Translations under genes and position numbers: made by a program
Source: Candidatus Pacearchaeota archaeon
GTDB lineage: Archaea > Nanobdellota > Nanobdellia > Pacearchaeales > JAPDKA01
Assembly (NCBI GenBank): GCA_038817835.1
Contig: JAWAZI010000004.1
Location: forward strand, 2,542 to 66,541
Direction of reading: 5' to 3'
Length of the DNA stretch: 64,000 bases
Notes under the pieces: model-generated
Seen by the model: only the letters and a program-made list of their open reading frames with translations
Databases searched by the model: none
Told to the model about the DNA's origin: nothing
Part shown: positions 57,746-64,000 of the stretch, piece by piece
Layout: each line of letters opens with the position of its first letter
Position numbering within the stretch: the stretch's first letter is position 1

Positions 57746-58525
57746 ATGAAAAACTTACAAAAAATATTATTATGTTTAGCATTTATTTTTCCATTTGCAA
57801 ATGCCAAGAATATTGAAAATATAACTCGGCATACAACAACTAAACAAATTAACCAAATAAATCATAAATGGTTTAGAAAAGGTGATTTATATGAATTACA
57901 TAATAAAAAAGTACCAATAAAAATTATTATTTGTAAAGATAATTTATTTCCTCCATACCTTAAGGAATATGAATTAATAATTTCAAGAGATGATAATATC
58001 TTAGAAGTAAAAAGATTTAAAGATGGAAAAGAATTCTGGCCTCCTTACAAAGTTGATAAAAAATATTTTGAAAGATTTACAGATGAATATCTAAAAGGAT
58101 GGATAGAACAAACAAATTATTGGCTTAAATATTTAAGTGGTAATCAATTTCAGCTTGAGCTTGAAGAAATAGAAAGAATTGATATTGATTATTGGAATGA
58201 TGAAAATTATTTAGATAATATAAAACCTGGAAGAGGATTTACAATGATAGTTCATCCTAATGCAGTCTCTACTGGCTATTATAGTGGTAATGGGATTTTT
58301 TGGATAAATCCTATATATTTATTTTATGATAAAAATAACATCAACAAATATTCAATAACCCCAATACATGAAATATTACATAGTTTTTTTGGAGAAGATC
58401 ACTCAAATGATAGTTTAAGTACAATATATCACTCTCCTAATTTTATATATCTATCTTCTGATGAAGCTGAATTTCTTGGTTGGCCAAAAGTTGAACCAAA
58501 AAAATTAGAGAAAATTAAATTTTAA
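57746..58525 (+). CDS. Secreted protein with zinc-metalloprotease-like HExxH motif
   Basis: Signal peptide is MKNLQKILLCLAFIFPFANA|K. The motif is PIHEILHSFFGEDHSND (HExxH plus a downstream His). Confidence 0.45.
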   Translation: MKNLQKILLCLAFIFPFANAKNIENITRHTTTKQINQINHKWFRKGDLYELHNKKVPIKIIICKDNLFPPYLKEYELIISRDDNILEVKRFKDGKEFWPPYKVDKKYFERFTDEYLKGWIEQTNYWLKYLSGNQFQLELEEIERIDIDYWNDENYLDNIKPGRGFTMIVHPNAVSTGYYSGNGIFWINPIYLFYDKNNINKYSITPIHEILHSFFGEDHSNDSLSTIYHSPNFIYLSSDEAEFLGWPKVEPKKLEKIKF

Positions 58526-58593
58526 ATAAAAATTTTAAATAAAATTAAAAAATTAAAAAAATTTAAATATTATAGTTTTAAGTTAAAAGAAGA

Positions 58594-58667
58594 GGGGCGG
58601 TAGCTCAGCCAGGGAGAGCACTCGGCTGAAGACCGAGGAGTCGTGGGTTCAAATCCCACCCGCCCCA
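58594..58667 (+). tRNA. tRNA-Phe (anticodon GAA)
   Basis: GGGGCGGTAGCTCAGCCAGGGAGAGCACTCGGCTGAAGACCGAGGAGTCGTGGGTTCAAATCCCACCCGCCCCA. It has anticodon loop CTGAAGA. Confidence 0.95.
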
Positions 58668-58730
58668 TTTTTTATAGGAAATTTTTATCTTTATAGGAAA
58701 ATTTTAAAAATTAAAAAAATTAAAATTTAA

Positions 58731-59276
58731 ATGAAAAGAGGTGCATTCGAACTAAGTGTAACAACAATAGTAATTCTTGTAATTGCAATGGTATTATTAA
58801 TTTTGGGTTTATTTTTAGTTAGAAAAATTATGTGTGGAGCGATGGTAATAGCTTCAGAAACTCTCGAAGGAGCAAGAAAGCAAATAAGTAGTGTTTTTTC
58901 AGAGCAAGGAGGAGAAATACAATGTCAAGGAAGAGAAAGTCCTGTTATTGTTGTTCCAGGAAGAGCTAATGGATTTGGTTGTTTATTTACTCCTCAAGAA
59001 AAGAGAACTACATATACTATACAACTAAAAAGTGCTTCCTATGGGAACCAAGATGTTAAAAAATGGTTTATTAGAAGTAAAGATGTAGTAACTGTAAATT
59101 ATGGAGAAAGTAAACCTGGAGCCTTAATAATAAATGTTCCAAAAAATCAGGAGCATGGTTATGTAAATGTTGAGATAGATATAATTAAACAAGTTGGGAC
59201 TGAATCTTCAACAGAAAGTTATACATTGACTCTTGAAGTTAAAAGTTTAGGTTGGTTAAGAGAAAATATTTGTTAA
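58731..59276 (+). CDS. Archaeal type IV pilin-like protein (class III signal peptide), orphan
   Basis: MKRG|AFELSVTTIVILVIAMVLLILGLFLV. Confidence 0.65.
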   Translation: MKRGAFELSVTTIVILVIAMVLLILGLFLVRKIMCGAMVIASETLEGARKQISSVFSEQGGEIQCQGRESPVIVVPGRANGFGCLFTPQEKRTTYTIQLKSASYGNQDVKKWFIRSKDVVTVNYGESKPGALIINVPKNQEHGYVNVEIDIIKQVGTESSTESYTLTLEVKSLGWLRENIC

Positions 59277-59320
59277 TTTTTCTTTCAATAATTTTATAAA
59301 AAAATTTATTTAATAAAAAT

Positions 59321-60760
59321 ATGCTAAAGCTTTATAATACATTAACAAAAAAAATTGAAATTTTTAAACCATTAAAAAATAAAAAAGTTGGTATTTATAG
59401 TTGTGGACCAACAGTTTATGATTATCCTCACATAGGTAATTATAGAGCTTTTGTTTTTGTTGATATATTAAAAAGATATTTAATTTGGAGAGGATATAAA
59501 GTTAAACATATAATGAATATAACTGATGTTGATGATAAAATAATAAAAAAAGTTAATGAAACTGGAAAAAGCTTAAAAGAAATAACAAATCTATATGAAA
59601 AAAAATTTAAAGAAGGTTTAAAAGTTCTTAATTGTATTCCTGCTGATTTTTATCCTAGAGCAACAGAGCATATAGAAGAAATGAAAAATTTAATACAAAA
59701 ATTAATAGATAATGGATATGCTTATCTAAGCCAAGATGGTATTTATTATAGAATTTCAAAATTTAAAGATTATGGAAAGCTTTCTGGATTAAATATAAAA
59801 GAATTAAAAATTGGGGTAAGAGTCAATGTTCAAGAATATAGTAAAGAACAAGCTAGCGATTTTGTATTATGGAAAGCTTGGCATGAAGAAGATGGTAATA
59901 TATTTTGGGAACCTGAATTTAAGATTAATGGAAAAAATATAAAAATGAAAGGAAGACCGGGATGGCATATAGAATGTAGTGCAATGTCAATGAAATATCT
60001 TGGAGAAAGTTTTGATATTCATACTGGTGGTGTTGATTTGATATTTCCCCATCATGAAAATGAAATAGCACAAAGTGAAGCAGCAACTGGAAAAAAATTT
60101 GTAAAATATTGGTTACATAATGAGCATTTAATCGTTGAAGGAAAAAAAATGAGCAAAAGTCTTGGAAATTATTACACATTAGAAGATATTTTAAAAAAAG
60201 GTTATAAGGGTTATGAAATAAGATATGTATTAATTAATTCTCATTATAGAGAACAATTAAATTTTAAATTTTCAGAGCTTGAAGTTGCAAGAAAAACTAT
60301 TAGATATGTTATAGAAACTATAAAAAGACTTAAAAGAATAAAAAATAGAAAATGTAAAGAAAAAGAAATAAAAAGTATTATCAAAAATATTAAAATTAAT
60401 TTCAAAAAATCTTTTGATGATGATCTAAATGTACCAAAAGCATTAAGTGTATTTTTTGAATTTTTAAAAGAAATTAATAAAAAAATAGACGAAGATAAAA
60501 TAAACAAAAAATATGCAAAAACTTTAATTAATTTAATTTATAGTTTTGATAAAGTATTTGGTATTGGTTTTAAAGAAATTTTAAAAGAGGAAAAGAAAAT
60601 TAAAATACCAAAAGAAATATTAAAACTTGTAAAAGAAAGGGAAAAAGCAAGAAAAGAAAAAAATTTTGATTTAGCAGATAAAATTAGAGAAAAAATAAAA
60701 GAAATGGGTTGGTGGATTGATGATACTCCAGAAGGACCAATAATTAAAAAATTAGAATGA
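59321..60760 (+). CDS. cysS: Cysteinyl-tRNA synthetase
   Basis: CGPTVYDYPHIGNYR (HIGN), WHIECS, HHENEIAQ and KMSKSLGN are all present. Confidence 0.95.
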   Translation: MLKLYNTLTKKIEIFKPLKNKKVGIYSCGPTVYDYPHIGNYRAFVFVDILKRYLIWRGYKVKHIMNITDVDDKIIKKVNETGKSLKEITNLYEKKFKEGLKVLNCIPADFYPRATEHIEEMKNLIQKLIDNGYAYLSQDGIYYRISKFKDYGKLSGLNIKELKIGVRVNVQEYSKEQASDFVLWKAWHEEDGNIFWEPEFKINGKNIKMKGRPGWHIECSAMSMKYLGESFDIHTGGVDLIFPHHENEIAQSEAATGKKFVKYWLHNEHLIVEGKKMSKSLGNYYTLEDILKKGYKGYEIRYVLINSHYREQLNFKFSELEVARKTIRYVIETIKRLKRIKNRKCKEKEIKSIIKNIKINFKKSFDDDLNVPKALSVFFEFLKEINKKIDEDKINKKYAKTLINLIYSFDKVFGIGFKEILKEEKKIKIPKEILKLVKEREKARKEKNFDLADKIREKIKEMGWWIDDTPEGPIIKKLE

Positions 60761-61437
60761 TAATTTGCCCTATATGCAAAAGACCTAGCTTAATGTTAGA
60801 TGCTGGTGGAATAACAGGGAAATATATATGTAAAAATTGTAATTATCATGGAAATTTAATAATAGAAATTATTGATGATTATTTAAAGTTTAGATATTTT
60901 TTCACAAGTAAAGGAAATTTAATCCTTATAGGAAAAAATGCTGAAAACAATGAACTTTTAATTAAAAAATATACAAATAAAAATGAATTTGTGTTTCATA
61001 CAAAAGCACAGGGTAGTCCTTTCTGTGTTATAAAGCAGGATTGGAAAAAAATTGATAAAAAAGAAATAAATGAAACTGCAAGAATTTGTGGAGTTTTTAG
61101 TAAAGAATGGAAAAAAGGAAAAAAAATTATCGAGGTTAATTATTTTTTAGGAAAAGATATATATAAATATAAAGATATGCCCATAGGAACTTTTGGTGTT
61201 AAAAAAATAATTGGAAAAATAAAAGTTAAAAGTGAAATATATTTATGTAAAATAAATAGCATAGCCTGTATTCTTCCATATAAGAAAAATTTAATAGCAG
61301 TAATAAAAAATGATAAAAAAGGATTAAAAAAAGAAGAAGCAATAAAAAAAATCTCTGAAAAATTAAAAAAAATAAAAATAACAGATTATATATTAAGTGA
61401 ATTGCCTAGCGAAAAAATAAAAATTGAATGGAAATAA
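60757..61437 (+). CDS. Zn-ribbon + NFACT-R/DUF814-like RNA-binding domain protein
   Basis: CPICK...CKNC forms the Zn ribbon. LILIGKNAENNELLIKKYTNKNEFVFHTKAQGSPFCVIK matches the DUF814 pattern. Confidence 0.55.
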   Translation: MIICPICKRPSLMLDAGGITGKYICKNCNYHGNLIIEIIDDYLKFRYFFTSKGNLILIGKNAENNELLIKKYTNKNEFVFHTKAQGSPFCVIKQDWKKIDKKEINETARICGVFSKEWKKGKKIIEVNYFLGKDIYKYKDMPIGTFGVKKIIGKIKVKSEIYLCKINSIACILPYKKNLIAVIKNDKKGLKKEEAIKKISEKLKKIKITDYILSELPSEKIKIEWK

Positions 61438-61467
61438 ATTTTTAAAATTATATTTTTTAAAAATAAA

Positions 61468-61893
61468 ATGGAAAAAAGAAAAGTTTTAGATGTTGAAGCA
61501 AATAAATTTGTAAATGAATTATCTAAAAGATTAAAAAATATAAAAGAATTTTCTATGCCTGAATGGGCAAAATATGTTAAAACAAGTGCAGGAAATGAAA
61601 GACCACCAGACAATCTTGATTGGTGGTATATTAGAAGTGCTAGCATATTAAGGCAACTATATATTAAAGGTATTATTGGTGTTGAAAGATTAAGTAAAAA
61701 ATATAAAAGAAAAAAAAGAAATAAATCTTATCCTGCATGTGTTTTTAAGGGAAGTAGAAAAATAATAAGAACTATTCTTCAACAAGCAGAAAAAGCTGGT
61801 TTTGTTGAAAAAACAGAAAAACCAAGAAAAGGTAGACAATTAACAAAAAAAGGTAAAAATTTTCTTGAAGAAGTTGCAGCAAGTATAAAATGA
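61468..61893 (+). CDS. rps19e: 30S ribosomal protein S19e
   Basis: PEWAKYVKTSAGNERPPDNLDWWYIRSASILRQLYIKG...GSRKIIRTILQQAEKAGFV. Confidence 0.85.
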   Translation: MEKRKVLDVEANKFVNELSKRLKNIKEFSMPEWAKYVKTSAGNERPPDNLDWWYIRSASILRQLYIKGIIGVERLSKKYKRKKRNKSYPACVFKGSRKIIRTILQQAEKAGFVEKTEKPRKGRQLTKKGKNFLEEVAASIK

Positions 61894-62120
61894 CAAAACA
61901 AAAAGAGTTTGAATTTAAATTGAAATTAATAAAACAAGGTAAAAGAACAAGATGGGCTCCTATATTTGCTATTATTAGAAAATTTGGTTTGGGGAAAAGA
62001 GTTCATCCAAGTGTTATAACAAGAATAAAAAGAAATTGGAGAAGAAGAAAAATTCATCCATCAATAAAAAGAATTGAAAAAAGAAAAATAAAAAGTGGAA
62101 AAAAAGAAAAGAAATATTAA
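61890..62120 (+). CDS. rpl39e: 50S ribosomal protein L39e (with basic C-terminal extension)
   Basis: KLKLIKQGKRTRWAPIFAIIRKFG...RIKRNWRRRKI matches the L39e pattern. It sits in the conserved S19e-L39e-L31e context. Confidence 0.65.
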   Translation: MTKQKEFEFKLKLIKQGKRTRWAPIFAIIRKFGLGKRVHPSVITRIKRNWRRRKIHPSIKRIEKRKIKSGKKEKKY

Positions 62121-62121
62121 A

Positions 62122-62439
62122 ATGGAAAGGATATATACGATAAATCTTTATAAAGAATGGAAAAATGTTCCATATTGGAAAAGAACAAAAAGATGTATTA
62201 ATGCTATTAGAAAATTTTTATCAAGACATATGAGAACTTCTCCTGATAAAGTAAAAATTAGTATCTGGCTAAATATGGAAATATGGAAAAACAGTATAAA
62301 AAATCCTCCAAGAAAAATAAGAGTTAAAGTAATTAAAGATGAAAAAGGTATTGTAAATGTTGAACTTCTAGAAAAACCAAAAAAATTAATAAAATTAGAG
62401 AAAAAATCTAAAAAAGAAGAAAAAAAAGAAAATAAATAA
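62122..62439 (+). CDS. rpl31e: 50S ribosomal protein L31e
   Basis: MERIYTINLYKEWKNVPYWKRTKRCINAIRKFLSRHM...KISIWLNMEIWKNSIKNPPRKIRVKV. The internal ATG (tenth codon of ORF 62095..62439) is preferred. Confidence 0.8.
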   Translation: MERIYTINLYKEWKNVPYWKRTKRCINAIRKFLSRHMRTSPDKVKISIWLNMEIWKNSIKNPPRKIRVKVIKDEKGIVNVELLEKPKKLIKLEKKSKKEEKKENK

Positions 62440-63230
62440 TGGATGGTATTATATTTGTTGATAAACCTAAAGGTATAAAAAGTCATAAAGTTGCAGAAAT
62501 AATAAAAAAAATTCTAAATGAAAAAAAAGCTGGTCATACTGGAACATTAGATCCAAATGCTACAGGGTTACTTATTTTATTAATTGGAAAAGCAACAAGA
62601 TTAGCAAGCATTTTTAATATAGATAAAACATATATAGGAGTAGGAAGACTACATAAAGATGTTAATATAAAAGAATTAAGAAATGTTATTAAAAAAAATT
62701 TTATAGGAAAGATAAAACAATTACCTCCAAAAAGAAGTAATGTAAAAAGAGAATGGCGTGAGAGAGAAATTTATGAATTTAAAATTTTAAAAAAACAAAA
62801 TAGAGATTTTCATTTTAAAGTTAGATGTGAAGCTGGAACTTATATAAGAAAACTTATTCATGATGTTGGTTGTTTAATTGGAGGTGCTCATTTAATTGAG
62901 CTGAGAAGAGTTGCAATAGGAAAATTCAAAGTTACTAATGCATTAAGTATTGATGAGATAAAAAAATTAAAAGAAAAAAGTATAAGCAAAATAGAAGATG
63001 TAATTAAAAAAATTGGGAAAAAAAATATAAATCTAAATAAACAACAAGCAAAGAGATTTTGTAATGGGGCATTTATTAATAAAGAATATTTGAATGAAAA
63101 TGAAAAAAATAAGTTCGAAAAAATTAATGAAAATGAAAAAATTTTTTTATGGCATAAAAAAGATTTTTTAGGTGTTGGTATAAAATTAAATAACAAAATT
63201 AAACCAGAAATTGTTATAAAACAAAATTAA
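62439..63230 (+). CDS. tRNA/rRNA pseudouridine-55 synthase, TruB/Cbf5 family (short)
   Basis: VDKPKGIKSHKVAEIIKKIL...KAGHTGTLDPNATGLLILLIGKATRL contains the catalytic Asp motif. A small PUA-like C-terminus follows. Confidence 0.8.
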   Translation: MDGIIFVDKPKGIKSHKVAEIIKKILNEKKAGHTGTLDPNATGLLILLIGKATRLASIFNIDKTYIGVGRLHKDVNIKELRNVIKKNFIGKIKQLPPKRSNVKREWREREIYEFKILKKQNRDFHFKVRCEAGTYIRKLIHDVGCLIGGAHLIELRRVAIGKFKVTNALSIDEIKKLKEKSISKIEDVIKKIGKKNINLNKQQAKRFCNGAFINKEYLNENEKNKFEKINENEKIFLWHKKDFLGVGIKLNNKIKPEIVIKQN

Positions 63231-63281
63231 TTTAGTTTCAGTAATAAAAAATATTTTTAAAAATTAATAAAAAAATTTTTT

Positions 63282-64000
63282 ATGTTTGTTGTTGCTTTAG
63301 TAACTCCAAAAACATTAAATAGATGGGATAAAAAAGAAATTATTGATTATCAAAGTTTTTATCGTTTAACTGATTATTTAAGTTTATTTTTTGATAATTT
63401 CTTATTTTTAGGTTTTACTGGAGAATTTTATAATTTATCTTTAGAAGAAGCTGAAGGTATAATAAAATTTGCAGAAGAATTTAAGTTTAGAAAAAAAGAT
63501 AAAAAAATAATAATAAATGTAACAAGAAAAAATTTCGAAGAAACAATGAAATTAATTGAGAAAAGTGATTTTTCTGATTTTTTAATGATAATTTTTCCTT
63601 ATAATGATATTAGTTATGAAGATGGAATAAGAATAATAAAAAAAACAAAGAAAAAATTTATATTTTATTACTCAAAATTAATAACAGATTTGACAAATGA
63701 AAAACTTGAAGAAATAATTAAACAAGAAAATGTAATTGGTATAAAAGATTCAATTTTTGATAATTCTTTATATCAAGAAAAAATAAAACTTGTAGAAAAA
63801 TATAATAAAAAATATTTTTGTGGTATAGATAAGATATGGTTAAATGAATTTAAAAATGGAAAGAATCTTGATTTAATATCTGGAACATTAAATTTTATTC
63901 CTCATCTATGGAAAAAAGGAGAATATAGCAAAATAGAAAAAATTGTTAATAAAATTGAAGAAATTGAAAAATATATACCTTTTCCCCATATAGCAAAATA
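63282..64000 (+). CDS. DapA/N-acetylneuraminate lyase-family class I aldolase (5' part; continues beyond the window)
   Basis: Not in the ORF track because there is no stop. My translation is MFVVALVTPKT...FLFLGFTGEFYNLSLEEAEGII...VIGIKDSIF. It shows the TPF-like start, a GxTGE motif and a GIKDS Schiff-base lysine motif. Confidence 0.55.
   Translation, partial: MFVVALVTPKTLNRWDKKEIIDYQSFYRLTDYLSLFFDNFLFLGFTGEFYNLSLEEAEGIIKFAEEFKFRKKDKKIIINVTRKNFEETMKLIEKSDFSDFLMIIFPYNDISYEDGIRIIKKTKKKFIFYYSKLITDLTNEKLEEIIKQENVIGIKDSIFDNSLYQEKIKLVEKYNKKYFCGIDKIWLNEFKNGKNLDLISGTLNFIPHLWKKGEYSKIEKIVNKIEEIEKYIPFPHIAK

Overview
This is a very AT-rich, extremely gene-dense archaeal chromosome segment. Archaeal hallmarks present are thermosome, TFB, aIF5A, aRF1, Sm protein, EndA, Spt5, Rpo11 and e-type ribosomal proteins. 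Proteins are short and rich in Lys/Ile/Asn/Glu, many neighbouring genes overlap by ATGA, and the rRNAs are short and much more GC-rich than the coding DNA (judged by eye, not computed). This suggests a small-genome DPANN-type archaeon, which is an inference I cannot test here. The window holds about 75 CDS, one 16S-tRNA(Ala)-23S operon with no 5S gene, and three further tRNAs (Leu-CAA, Leu-UAA, Phe-GAA). I saw no CRISPR array, integrase or transposase. Most genes are information-processing housekeeping genes, but two accessory-looking surface loci stand out. Locus A (2.8-17.0 kb) is a type IV pilus-like operon with a FlaI-type ATPase, a split FlaJ/TadB-TadC pair and five prepilin-like genes. 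It is divergently paired with a translationally coupled 602-aa plus 2072-aa secreted protein pair that I cannot assign to any family. Locus B (37.0-47.9 kb) is a second, architecturally different system. It has a 759-aa secretion ATPase, a fused 712-aa FlaJ-like membrane protein and a degenerate HIT protein in one operon, flanked by a prepilin peptidase, three predicted envelope proteins and further unknown genes. Smaller observations are: a 16S 3' tail without the CCUCC anti-Shine-Dalgarno motif; a hairpin plus T-run just upstream of 16S; a perfect 24-bp 23S processing stem; a scpA ORF reading 39 nt into a tRNA gene; an archaeosortase-like gene; an M50 pseudo-protease paralog; a tandem duplication of a convergent gene junction; and three conserved micro-genes (L40e, SecE, L41e) absent from the ORF track. 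Coordinates not taken from the ORF track were counted by eye. Comparison with the ORF track showed I can miscount A homopolymers, so those coordinates may be off by 1-2 nt.
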